From Nitrospirota bacterium (lineage in GTDB: Bacteria; Nitrospirota; JACRHJ01), in assembly GCA_963845245.1 (NCBI GenBank), contig CAWJRJ010000024.1:32001-96000 (forward strand): 64,000 nt of DNA. Reading direction: 5' to 3'. The notes beneath the pieces are model-generated. The model worked only from the letters and a program-made list of their open reading frames with translations, was not told the origin of the DNA and ran no database searches. Below, piece by piece: positions 1-9,846 of the stretch (within the stretch, counting starts at the first letter, position 1; each line of letters begins with the position of its first letter). Made by a program: the position numbers and the translations under genes.

Positions 1-82
1 TCGAAGGCGTCGCCGTCGCGACCCCGGATACTGCTATGACGATAATCGCCGATAAAAACAAAGAGCCTATTAACTTTTTCAT
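1..82 (-). CDS. 5' end of a secreted protein (runs off the window)
   Basis: Manual translation MKKLIGSLFLSAIIVIAVSGVATATPS..., a Sec-type signal peptide; AAGGGAG RBS upstream; not in the ORF track. Confidence 0.75.
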   Translation of the reverse strand, partial: MKKLIGSLFLSAIIVIAVSGVATATPS

Positions 83-202
83 TTTTCCTGATTCTCCCTT
101 TCTTTAATTTCAGTCAATAATGTATGCAACTTCACTTGAATGCGGCCCTGCTCACCTCCCCTCGTTTTATAAGACATATGGTTTCTTGTTACATAAATGT
201 AT

Positions 203-219
203 TACAAGCATCATGCCAG
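203..219 (-). promoter_or_regulatory. sigma54 -24/-12 promoter for the secreted-protein gene
   Basis: CTGGCATGATGCTTGTA on the minus strand; correct spacing, with -12 TTGT instead of TTGC. Confidence 0.65.
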
Positions 220-247
220 CAAAGTGTACGCAGCTTTAATCCATATA

Positions 248-260
248 AAACAATGTGTTG
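248..260 (+). promoter_or_regulatory. IHF-like site
   Basis: AAACAATGTGTTG, one mismatch to WATCAANNNNTTR, between the sigma54 site and the putative enhancer. Confidence 0.45.
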
Positions 261-306
261 CCAATTATGATTGTAAAAAAACATGAAAAAGGCTGGTGAG
301 TCATGC

Positions 307-357
307 TACAAAATTGTATCTTTTGATACCAGCTTGTCGGGTTATTACAAAATTGTC
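307..357. promoter_or_regulatory. paired palindromes, putative upstream activator sites
   Basis: TACAAAATTGTA (307-318) and TACAAAATTGTC (346-357), about 90-140 bp upstream of the sigma54 site. Confidence 0.5.
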
Positions 358-389
358 GCTTCATAAATGTGTGGAGAGAAGAAGGAGTT

Positions 390-776
390 TTATAGTCCTA
401 AAAGTCTCGCGAGGAATGTTTTAGAAGAGAGGGCGTTTGCGAGCTTGATCTCTTCCCTGGCCGCATCCAGTGGGTCGAGGTAATTCTTTATTTCCTCAAG
501 GGACACCGTTCGGACCTTGCCAGGACTTGCCCCAAGCTTCCTTAACATTATGGATTTAAGGTCGTTCAAGGTCTCGTTTTCCGTGAGGCCATAGGCCGAA
601 TAGCCCTCATCAGTCCTCGCGTGGAACACCGGCGTGTTTGTCTCCTTGATTACATAACGCCATAGATGCACTACCCACCTGAATTCTTCGGTCTCTATGA
701 GAAACCTCTTCAACGGCTCCTCAGGCGAAGATGGTTTATAGTCTTTGTCCCCGGTTATAGTGATTATCTCAGACAT
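390..776 (-). CDS. hypothetical protein (~128 aa)
   Basis: ORF 390..821; start moved to MSEIIT behind an AAGGA RBS; no recognisable motif. Confidence 0.55.
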   Translation of the reverse strand: MSEIITITGDKDYKPSSPEEPLKRFLIETEEFRWVVHLWRYVIKETNTPVFHARTDEGYSAYGLTENETLNDLKSIMLRKLGASPGKVRTVSLEEIKNYLDPLDAAREEIKLANALSSKTFLARLLGL

Positions 777-859
777 ATGAGGCCGTCCTTTTCTATCCCT
801 TGTTTGATGTCCCAATGCCATGCGCTACATATCCGTGCGCATTATTGCAAAAAGGTGAT

Positions 860-2410
860 TTACCCTACAATTTCGTCCGGAGGCATAAGGCCGTACTTGT
901 TCATCTTGTAGCCTATCTGCCTGGGGGTAATACCGAGCAGCCTAGCAGCAGCAGCCTGCCGCCAGCCAGTCCTGACAAGAGCATCCTTGAGCGCTTTAAG
1001 TTCGATGTCATGGACGGTCCTAAGTAGGCCTTCGGAAAAGTTCTCCGGTTGAATCGCTGCAGCTTTTGGCTGCTTGGGTAAAAGCTTCAGATCCACGGCA
1101 TCCACTACCTCTTTCCCTGACATCACCACGCTACGCTCGATGACGTTCTCGAGTTCCCTTACGTTTCCGGGCCAGGGATAACGGGAGAGAGCAACTACGG
1201 CCTCCTGGGTAAAAGAAATATCCTTTCCTGCCGCCTTGCAGTACTTTTTTGCAAAATAATCAATCAGTTCGGGTATGTCCTCCTGCCTCTCCCTTAGAGG
1301 AGGGATAAATATCGGGACTACGTTCAGCCTGTAATAAAGGTCCTCTCTGAAATGTCCGGTATCCAGGAGTTCTTCGAGGTTCCTGCTCGTAGCCGCAATG
1401 ACCCTTATGTCAACCTTCATGGTCCTTTCCCCGCCCACGCGTTCGAACTCGTGCTCCTGCAGGACCCTCAGCATCTTCGGCTGGAGCGAAAGCGGAAGGT
1501 CGCCTATCTCGTCCAGGAATATAGTGCCTCCCTGGGCAAGCTCAAAACGGCCCTTCTTGGCCGCGATAGCACCCGTAAAAGCGCCCTTTTCGTGGCCGAA
1601 CAACTCGGATTCGAGAAGGCCTTCCGGTATGGCTGCGCAGTTAAACTTGATAAACGGTCCTTTGTTCCTGGTGCTCTGGTAATGTATCGCCTTGGCTATC
1701 AGCTCCTTGCCCGTACCGCTTTCACCCCTTATGAGCACCGTGGACCGGCTCCTGCTCACCACCTCGACCGAATGGAATACCTCCTGCATTGTATCGGTGC
1801 TTCCGATTATGTTCGGCAGGCTGTAACGTTTACCCAGCTCCTTTTTCAGCCGGACGTTCTCCTGAACTAGTTTCTTCTTGTCGGTTTCTATCATGCGGTG
1901 GAGCATTACCGCCTGTCCTATTATGGACGCAACGATGTTCAGCAGCCTCACATCCTCCTCATATTGCACCTTGACCGGGAAGAGCCTGTCAACCGAAAGC
2001 ACGCCAATAGCCTTGTTCCTGACCTTTACCGGCACGCCTATGAAAGCGATGTTTTCCTTCTTTATGTCGCCGCGCGAACCGGTCCTGTTCAAAAAGAGCG
2101 GCTCCTTTTTTACATCCGGGACTATGAAAGGCCTGCTCGTCTCAAACACCTTGCCAGTGACCCCTTCTCCGACCCTGTAGGTCCCTCGCCTCATTTCGCT
2201 ATTCGTAAGGCCGTAGGAGGCCCTTACCTGCAAGGTATCGGTGGAAGAATCAAGCAATGTGAGCGTGCCGCGCTTCATCTCCATATATACAGATAGCGCA
2301 TGCAGGATCGAGTTCAGGGTCGAATCCAAGTCAAGCGAGGATGATGCCAGCTTCGCAACCTCGTAAAGCGTAGTAAGTTCCTGTATCTTTTTGTCTGTTC
2401 CCTGCGTCAT
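860..2410 (-). CDS. sigma54-dependent transcriptional activator, NifA-like (GAF-AAA+-Fis HTH)
   Basis: GAF N-terminus, GESGTGKE Walker A, GAFTGA loop, FLDEIGD, WPGNVREL, C-terminal HTH; real start taken as MTQGTD because the upstream ORF extension covers promoter elements. Confidence 0.92.
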   Translation of the reverse strand: MTQGTDKKIQELTTLYEVAKLASSSLDLDSTLNSILHALSVYMEMKRGTLTLLDSSTDTLQVRASYGLTNSEMRRGTYRVGEGVTGKVFETSRPFIVPDVKKEPLFLNRTGSRGDIKKENIAFIGVPVKVRNKAIGVLSVDRLFPVKVQYEEDVRLLNIVASIIGQAVMLHRMIETDKKKLVQENVRLKKELGKRYSLPNIIGSTDTMQEVFHSVEVVSRSRSTVLIRGESGTGKELIAKAIHYQSTRNKGPFIKFNCAAIPEGLLESELFGHEKGAFTGAIAAKKGRFELAQGGTIFLDEIGDLPLSLQPKMLRVLQEHEFERVGGERTMKVDIRVIAATSRNLEELLDTGHFREDLYYRLNVVPIFIPPLRERQEDIPELIDYFAKKYCKAAGKDISFTQEAVVALSRYPWPGNVRELENVIERSVVMSGKEVVDAVDLKLLPKQPKAAAIQPENFSEGLLRTVHDIELKALKDALVRTGWRQAAAARLLGITPRQIGYKMNKYGLMPPDEIVG

Positions 2411-2448
2411 TCTGTAAGCCCCGATAAATGTGTTTGTACTGTATACAA

Positions 2449-2465
2449 TACAATAATCGTGCCAA
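2449..2465 (-). promoter_or_regulatory. sigma54 -24/-12 promoter of the activator gene
   Basis: TTGGCACGATTATTGTA, about 40 bp upstream of the ATG at 2410. Confidence 0.7.
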
Positions 2466-2491
2466 AGCGCCACAAACCAGACAAAAGAACT

Positions 2492-2504
2492 CAACTCATT
2501 GATA
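2492..2504 (-). promoter_or_regulatory. IHF site
   Basis: TATCAATGAGTTG, exact match to WATCAANNNNTTR. Confidence 0.6.
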
Positions 2505-2671
2505 ATTAACTGTTTAGCATGATTAAATAATATGCGTTGGTACAAATTGATGTAGGGCTGTTTTAGTTCGTTAATCCGGTATTGCCTATATTTTAGGCAG
2601 GCAGGTCTATGACTATTATTTGAGGCTGGCTGGCTGGGCTTTTTAAGGAACCAGATAAGGATACAGGTGAT

Positions 2672-2699
2672 TTGACTCAAACTCTGTAACTGATATACT
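2672..2699 (+). promoter_or_regulatory. sigma70-type promoter for sqr
   Basis: TTGACT-16nt-TATACT with extended -10 TG. Confidence 0.55.
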
Positions 2700-2783
2700 G
2701 AATAAAATACAAGCAAAAATGCTTGCCATGGATGCGGTTTCCGCTGTTTAAAGACCGTTGGAAAAGAAAGGGACACTCAAGGG

Positions 2784-4055
2784 ATGAAATCAAAACCACA
2801 TGTAATAGTTCTGGGCGGCAACTTTGCAGGGTTGACCACAGCGCGGTTCATCAGGGACCTGTGCGGCGAGAGTGTGAATATCACGGTTATCGACCGTAAA
2901 CCGTACCTGTTATTTATCCCGAATATCGGGATTGAAGTACTGGATAACCGTGACCCGGACGAGACAATGCATTTCGACATCGATCATTTCCTGGAGCGGG
3001 AGGGAAGTCGCTTTATCCAGGGAGAGGTGGGGGATATCGACCTGGAGCGGAAGACCGTCCGGTTCATTCCCAACGAACGGCCGGGCTCGGCCTCTGAAGT
3101 AATCCGCTACGACTATCTGGTGATTGCCCTGGGCGCACGCCTGGCTTATGACAAACTCGATGGTTTCGGCGAGCATGGGCATTCGCTTTCAGACGGCTAC
3201 TACGGCAACAAACTTCGTCGCTACCTATACGGCGGAAATTACAAAGGCGGGCCGATAGCGATTGGCGCTGCCCGTTTTCACCAAGGGACAAGCGGAAATC
3301 CAGATTGGCTACCGCTTACGGGCGCAGCCTGTGACGGGCCGCCGCTTGAGACCGCGTTGTCCCTGGCCGCCTGGCTGGAGCAGCGAAAGCTTGGCGGGCC
3401 GAATAACATCACCCTCTTTTCGCCCGCCGACCTGATTGCCGAGGATGCCGGGGAGCAGATAGTGAACCAATTCCTTGCGATGGCAGGCCCCATGGGGTTT
3501 CACTATGAAAAGGACACTCCAGACATCAAACAAATTACAAAGGATGGGATAGAGTTCATAAACGGAAAAAGCCTGGAGGCGGAACTGAAGATTGTCCTTC
3601 CCAATTGGGAGCCCCATGAGTTTTTAAAGAAACTCCCGATTGCGGACGAAGCGGGGTTTGTCGTGACGGACCTTTTTATGCGCAACCCAAAATACCCCCA
3701 GGTCTTTGCCGTGGGAGATGCTGCAGCCCTGGCAGTTCCCAAATTGGGCTCTATAGGACATAAGCAGGCGGAGGTTGCAGCCAGACAGATCGCCCGGGAC
3801 GTGGGCCTCCTTTCCGGGGAGAAAGCGGACGAGCCTTTCTGGCCGGAGGTCGTGTGTTTTGGCGATATGGGCCACCACAAGGCATTCTACATCCACTCAG
3901 ACGTGTGGTACGGAGGTAAGGTCAGCATCTTTAAAATGGGTTATTCGCTCTACGCCATGAAGCTGGCGTTTAAAGAGATGTATTTCCGGACCGGCGGCAA
4001 AGTACCGACTTGGGGCATGCCCTTGGCTGAATTGATGACCGAAAAGTTCTTATGA
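2784..4055 (+). CDS. sqr: sulfide:quinone oxidoreductase-like flavoprotein
   Basis: GGNFAG FAD motif, YDYLVIALG, AACDGPPLE and VCFGDMG redox cysteines, FAVGD. Confidence 0.8.
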   Translation: MKSKPHVIVLGGNFAGLTTARFIRDLCGESVNITVIDRKPYLLFIPNIGIEVLDNRDPDETMHFDIDHFLEREGSRFIQGEVGDIDLERKTVRFIPNERPGSASEVIRYDYLVIALGARLAYDKLDGFGEHGHSLSDGYYGNKLRRYLYGGNYKGGPIAIGAARFHQGTSGNPDWLPLTGAACDGPPLETALSLAAWLEQRKLGGPNNITLFSPADLIAEDAGEQIVNQFLAMAGPMGFHYEKDTPDIKQITKDGIEFINGKSLEAELKIVLPNWEPHEFLKKLPIADEAGFVVTDLFMRNPKYPQVFAVGDAAALAVPKLGSIGHKQAEVAARQIARDVGLLSGEKADEPFWPEVVCFGDMGHHKAFYIHSDVWYGGKVSIFKMGYSLYAMKLAFKEMYFRTGGKVPTWGMPLAELMTEKFL

Positions 4056-4061
4056 CCCGCC

Positions 4062-6759
4062 TTAATGCGCCTCACCCCAGTCAGGGCCTGAGCCGACGTC
4101 CACCTTCACAGGGACATCCAGCCTGACCGCGTTTTCCATCTCTTCCTTAACGACTGCCATTATCTTCTCCGCGTCACCTGCCGGTGCCTCCACCACAAGC
4201 TCGTCGTGCACCTGCAGTATCATCTTCGAATCCGGGGCTTCGGCCTTAAGCCTCCTGGCCAGGTTGATCATCGCAACCTTTACAAGGTCAGCCGCGCTCC
4301 CCTGTATCGGCGTGTTCACGGCCAACCTCTCGCCAAGGCTCCTGGTCATCTTGTTATCGGAGTTAAGCTCGGGGATAGGCCTCTTGCGCCCGAATATCGT
4401 TACGGCATAGCCTCTCGCGCGCACCTCGTCAAGCGTCCGCTCTATGTACGCTTTCACGCCGGAGTGCCGCTCAAAATAGGCGTCGATGTACTTCTGGGCC
4501 TCCTTGGGATGAACACCGATCTGGCCGGAAAGGCCAAAAGCAGAAAGCCCATATATTATCCCGAAGTTGATTGCCTTCGCATTGCGGCGCATCTCGGCCG
4601 TGACAGCCTCAGGCGCGATATTGAATATCTCGGAAGACGTCCTGGTGTGGATATCCTCGTCGTTTCTGAACGATTCTATGAACGAAGCGTCCTGTGCCAG
4701 GTGGGCAAGGATGCGGAGTTCCACCTGCGAGTAGTCAGCCGATATTAGGACTCGTCCCGGAGGCGCGGAGAAGGCCTTCCTGATGCGCCTGCCTATCTCG
4801 CCCCTGATGGGAATATTCTGAAGGTTCGGCTCGGACGAACTGAGCCGCCCTGTGGCAGCAACCGCCTGGTTGAAACTGGTATGAACCCGGCCGGTCCTTC
4901 TGTTTATAATCCTCTGAAGTGCATCGACATACGTGGACTTGAGCTTGTAGATCTCACGGTAATTGAGTATCTCAGCGGGAAGCTCGTGGCCTACCGCAAG
5001 CGACGTGAGCACCTCTTCGTCTGTGGAGAAGCCGCTCTTCGTCTTCCTTAAGGGCTTCAGGCCGAGCTTATCAAAGAGGATCACCGCAAGCTGTTTCGGG
5101 GAGTTTATGTTGAACTCCTCTCCCGCCAGTGCGTATATCTTCTTTATCAGCCCGTCGAGGCCCTGCTCCAGTTCCTTTGACATCTCGCGAAGGTAGTCGC
5201 GGTCCACGTATATCCCGTTTATCTCCATCTCGGCAAGCACGAAGATGAGCGGGAGTTCCATCTCCTCAAACAGCTTCCAGAGGTCTTCCGCTTTCAGCCT
5301 GTCCATCAATATGCCGGCGAGCCTGAAGGCCATGTCGGCGCGCTCCGCGGCATAACGGGTTGCGGCCTCTATTTCCACCTGCGAGAACGGTATCTGCTTC
5401 ATGCCGGTTCCGATGACCTCGGCAATCGTCATCTTCTTGTGGCTGAGATATTCAAGGCATACGTTCTCAAGGCTGTGGTTTGCGCGGCCTGGGTTCAGCA
5501 GGTACGAGCCGACCATAGCGTCGAAGCTTACCCCCCTCATCTCCACCCCGAGGTTCTTCAGCACTATGATGTCGTACTTTACGTTGTGGCCGTACTTCTT
5601 TATACCTTCGTCCTCAAGCACAGGACGCATTATCCCAATTACCTGTTCCTGTGTAAGCTGGCCCTCGACCCTTGCGGGGAAGAGGTCGGCCGCGTCGCCA
5701 GTCACATGCCCGAACGGGACGTAGTATGCCCTTCCCTCCGTAAGGCAGAATGATATACCGACGGCATCGCCCTCCATCGGGAGCCAGCTCGTCGTCTCGG
5801 TGTTCACCGCCATCCGCCCGGCCTTCTTGGCCTCGGTCATCAGGGAACGAAGTATTTTCTCGTCCTTTACTGTTACGTATTCGGCAGTCTGTTGTGTCGC
5901 CTCGTCGTGTGTGACGAACTTCAAGCAGCGCGGTGAACTCAAGCTCCTTGAACACATTGATCAGCTCGTCGCTCTTCTGGGGACGGCGTTTCAGCCCTTC
6001 AAGCTCCACGTCCTCCGGAAGCACCATGTCAAGCTCTACGAGCCTTCTTGAAAGCCGCGCGTCCTCTATGTGGTTTGCAAGGTTCTCCCTAAGCTTCGGT
6101 TTCTTTACCTTGTCCAGGTTATTAAGCAGGTTCTCGATAGTGCCGAACTCCGCTATAAGCTCAAGCGCCGTCTTTGGGCCGACGCCGGGCACTCCCGGTA
6201 TGTTGTCCGAGGTGTCGCCCATCAGCCCCAATAGCTCTGGTATCTGTGCTGGTGTCACGCCGAACTTCTTGACGCACTCATCAGGCCCGTACACCTCTTC
6301 CTTCATCGTGTCGTATATTTTCACGCCATCGCCTATAAGCTGGAACAGGTCCTTGTCCCCGGTGATGAGCGTCACTTCAAACCCCGCTTTCGCTGCCTTT
6401 CGCGCGACCGCCGCAATCACGTCGTCTGCCTCCAGCCTGTCCACCATCAGCACCGGGATGTTGAACGCGTCCACTATCCTGTGGATATAGGCTATCTGCG
6501 GGATGAGGCCCTCCGGCATCGCAGGCCTTGTCGCCTTGTACTCGGCGAACACTTCGTGGCGGGTGGTCTTGCCCTTCGGGTCGAAGCATACCGCCAGGTA
6601 GTCCGGCTTCTTCTCGTTCACCACCTTCATCAGCATGTTCGTGAAGCCATATGCGGCGTTGGTCATCAGCCCTTTGGAGTTTGACAGGCCGCGGATCGCG
6701 AAGAAGGCGCGGTAGATGTAGGAATTGCCGTCAATCAGGTATAGTGTTGGTTTTGTCAT
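4062..6759 (-). CDS. polA: DNA polymerase I (one frameshift near 5925)
   Basis: 5'-3' exonuclease (LIDGNSYIYRAFFA, EADD, GDKD) in ORF 5614..6759 joined to the Klenow part (SADYSQVELR, KAINFGIIYG, LQVHDEL) in ORF 4062..5957. Confidence 0.97.
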
Positions 6760-6830
6760 AAATTGAATAATAACAGCTTCGGGTCGGCAGGGTCAAGGGC
6801 AATGAAAATTACCGGGCTGCGCTTGGCATC

Positions 6831-8492
6831 CTAATTTGAATGGGCTTCTCTGAATTGTTCCTTCGCTTCGTCGATTCTATGCTCTTCCTTATACAGGGCC
6901 CCAAGGCTATAATGAAAATCAGCATCTGTGGGTTTAAGCTTTACCGCTCTCAAAAGATAATCCTCTGACCTATCATACCGGCCTTCGGCCTGGTAAGAGA
7001 GGCCTAAATTATAGCATGTGTTGGCGGATTCAGGTTCGATCTCCAAGGTTTTAAGATATTCGTCAATAGCCTTGTTCGGTTCTTTTTTAAGTTCATATTC
7101 ATAACCAAGCTTATAATGGACGTCCGCAATATTAGGGTTCAACCTGAGCACATTCTTATACAGGTCTATTGCCTCGTCAACACGGCCAAGCTTTGACAAT
7201 GCATCGGCAAGGTTTATTCGCGATACTACATTATACGGGGATTTCTTTACAGAGTCGGAAAAAATCGTCACATCATTTGCCCATGCGGGGTTTCTGTTTA
7301 CGGTGCCTAATGTAAAAAACCCGACCATAACACAGACGGAAAGGATAGCAAGATTTTTCTTTTTAGGATTATCCAATAATCTCTCTATGTAAAAAGCCAT
7401 TATCAGGACAAAGCCAAAAGAAGGGGCGTAAAGATACCTCTCCGCAAAGCTGTAGAAGATTCCCTGCTGAAGTCCCGGTATATACAACGAAGGCATTAAC
7501 GGCACTAGAACGAACAACAAACCAATAGCTACTGGGCTGGCCCTTCTGGCCTTTAAAACAAGGAGAAATATAAAAGCTAACGTCAAAAAAAGCGACACTA
7601 TGCCGTATAATGACCAGAATGTTGTTATCGGTATAAAATAATGCCATGAATTCAGAGAGAACGGGAGGACCAGTTTTTCTATATACATGGCAAACAACGG
7701 AAAAACATTTATCAGAAAGTAATATGTACCTACTTTAACCGGGCCTTCAGATGGCGCGACACCACCGAGCGCATTGTATCTAAGGGCTAGATAAATCGTC
7801 GCAGCCACTATAAAGGGCGCGTATCTGATGAGGTCCCTTCTGTCGGGCATCCCTTTCTTTTCTATAAGATCATACGCAACTAAGATTAGCGGTAGCGTTA
7901 ATGCGGGCTCTTTAAAAAAGCAGGATATAAAATAAGTTGCTATCGATATTATATAAAGCGTATTCAGTTTATTGACGGTTTCTTTTGATTTGATGTAAAG
8001 GTAGAAAGAACATAGATAAAAAAAACAAAAAGCAACTTCAGTAACCATGGCAATTCCGTCAACAGCCTCTGTATGTATCGGGTGTACGGCAAAAAGCAAT
8101 GCTGCCAAAAAAGAAGGCAACAATGAATTTGTGCGTCCGAAATTTTCAAGTAGCTTTTTTATAGTAAAAAAAACGAGAATGGAGACCCCGGAATGAAAGA
8201 TTATATTTATTAAATGATAACCTTCGGGATTTTCCCCGAAAAGTTTATAAGAAAACATGTAGATTGTATGCATCATTGGTCTATAATAGTTGGACTGTGC
8301 GCCGTTGAATGCTAAATTGTTTTTTGTCCAGATGTCATACAGATATTTGGGGTCGGTTATCCAAGGGTTGGCTAAGATCTGGTAGTTGTCGTCATATACG
8401 AAATTATTTTTTAGAGCATTAAAATAAACAACAAACGACACTACAGCAATAATGGCAGTATATAGAACGGTACATGTCTTCTTTGATACCAT
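6831..8492 (-). CDS. TMTC-like multi-TM glycosyltransferase (GT-C) with C-terminal TPRs
   Basis: FVYDD, YYRP, LFAVHPIHTEAV, AERYLYAPS motifs, about 11 hydrophobic segments, TPR tail; visibly AT-rich. Confidence 0.8.
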   Translation of the reverse strand: MVSKKTCTVLYTAIIAVVSFVVYFNALKNNFVYDDNYQILANPWITDPKYLYDIWTKNNLAFNGAQSNYYRPMMHTIYMFSYKLFGENPEGYHLINIIFHSGVSILVFFTIKKLLENFGRTNSLLPSFLAALLFAVHPIHTEAVDGIAMVTEVAFCFFYLCSFYLYIKSKETVNKLNTLYIISIATYFISCFFKEPALTLPLILVAYDLIEKKGMPDRRDLIRYAPFIVAATIYLALRYNALGGVAPSEGPVKVGTYYFLINVFPLFAMYIEKLVLPFSLNSWHYFIPITTFWSLYGIVSLFLTLAFIFLLVLKARRASPVAIGLLFVLVPLMPSLYIPGLQQGIFYSFAERYLYAPSFGFVLIMAFYIERLLDNPKKKNLAILSVCVMVGFFTLGTVNRNPAWANDVTIFSDSVKKSPYNVVSRINLADALSKLGRVDEAIDLYKNVLRLNPNIADVHYKLGYEYELKKEPNKAIDEYLKTLEIEPESANTCYNLGLSYQAEGRYDRSEDYLLRAVKLKPTDADFHYSLGALYKEEHRIDEAKEQFREAHSN

Positions 8493-8598
8493 AAAAAATA
8501 CTTTCAAAATTTATTGTATATATTTGGAAGTATTCGGACACTTTACATTTCTATAATATATTATAATAATTATTATTCAAAGGGGTTTTTTTCCAAAA

Positions 8599-9843
8599 AT
8601 GAATTTTGATATCTTGGTAATCGGCGGCGGGCCTGCGGGGATGATGGCTGCGGGACGCGCGGCGGAGCTTGGGGCTTCGGTTGTGCTGATCGAGAAGAAC
8701 GCGAAGCCGGGCCGTAAGCTCCTTATGACCGGGAACGGCCGCTGCAACCTGACCCAGGCCGAATACGACACCCGCAGGCTAGTGGAGAAATATGGCAGGA
8801 ACGGGAAGTTCCTGTTCTCTGCGTTTACGGCCTTCGGCGTGCGGGATACGCTCGACTTTTTCCACGGGCGCGGCCTCCCCACCATTACAGAGGACGACGG
8901 CAGGATATTCCCGGCCACCGAGCGCGCGGGAGACGTGCTCAACATTCTGATGGGCTATACACAGTCAGGAGGCGTGACATTCTTTACGGAACACCCCGTT
9001 ACCGGGCTTGAAGTTGAGAACGGCCGGATAATCGGGGCGAGACTTGCGGATGGCTCGGTAATTTATGCGCGCAACTTCATAGTATGCACCGGCGGGAAAT
9101 CATACCCGGCGACAGGCTCGACCGGCGAGGGCTTTGAATGGCTTAGTACGCTGGGCCACACCATAACTCCACTCAAACCCTCCCTCGCACCCGTAACGGT
9201 GAAGGAAACCTGGCTCCGCGATGCCGAGGGCGCGTCTTTTGCGGGCGCGGAACTGACCGTATATCAAAGCGGGAAGAAGAAGGCGGCAGTCACTGGAGAC
9301 GGCGTCTTCACCCGAAACGGCATAAGCGGCCCGGCAGCGCTGGATGCAAGCAGGGATATCGGCGCGCTATTGGAGTCTGGCGAAGTAACGATAACGCTTG
9401 ACCTGTTGCCAGCAGTTAGCGCGGCTGAGCTTGACACCAGGGTGCGGAAGTTGTTCGGGTTCAACATGAACAGGCTCATCCGCAACATCATTATCGAGAT
9501 TGTAACACCGAAGCTCGCTCCCGTGTTTATGAAGCTTTCCGGCATAGACCCGGAGACGCAGGTGAACAAGGTATCCCGGGAACAGCGGCTTGCGCTGGTG
9601 AAGCTCGTCAAGAGCATGCCTATGACAGTCGCGGGCATCGGCGGGTTCGACCGGGCGATGGTCACGCGCGGCGGGGTGTCGCTTAAGGAAGTGGACTCGA
9701 AGACGATGCGTTCAAAGGTAATCGAGAACCTCTACCTCGCGGGCGAGGTGCTGGACATAGACGGCCCGACCGGAGGCTACAACCTACAGGTATGCTGGAG
9801 TACCGGGTACGTCGCAGGTACACACGCGACGGGAAAAAAGTAG
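8599..9843 (+). CDS. HI0933/BaiN-family FAD-dependent oxidoreductase
   Basis: GGGPAGMMAA, GRKLLMTGNGRCNLT, GGKSYPATGSTGEG, GEVLDIDGPTGGYNLQ. Confidence 0.93.
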   Translation: MNFDILVIGGGPAGMMAAGRAAELGASVVLIEKNAKPGRKLLMTGNGRCNLTQAEYDTRRLVEKYGRNGKFLFSAFTAFGVRDTLDFFHGRGLPTITEDDGRIFPATERAGDVLNILMGYTQSGGVTFFTEHPVTGLEVENGRIIGARLADGSVIYARNFIVCTGGKSYPATGSTGEGFEWLSTLGHTITPLKPSLAPVTVKETWLRDAEGASFAGAELTVYQSGKKKAAVTGDGVFTRNGISGPAALDASRDIGALLESGEVTITLDLLPAVSAAELDTRVRKLFGFNMNRLIRNIIIEIVTPKLAPVFMKLSGIDPETQVNKVSREQRLALVKLVKSMPMTVAGIGGFDRAMVTRGGVSLKEVDSKTMRSKVIENLYLAGEVLDIDGPTGGYNLQVCWSTGYVAGTHATGKK

Positions 9844-9846
9844 AGG

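Noticed and set aside
860..2410. Calling the activator nifA / nitrogen fixation locus
   Set aside because: No nif genes in the window and no exact TGT-N10-ACA site at the promoters; the GAF-AAA-HTH architecture is widespread
2411..2783. FisR-like sigma54 control of the divergent sqr, and the 121-aa N-terminal ORF extension to 2776
   Set aside because: No plus-strand -24/-12 site precedes sqr, which has a sigma70-like promoter; the extension runs over promoter and IHF elements
5900..5960. Programmed frameshift or split polA
   Set aside because: No slippery heptamer; same pattern as many other indels in the window
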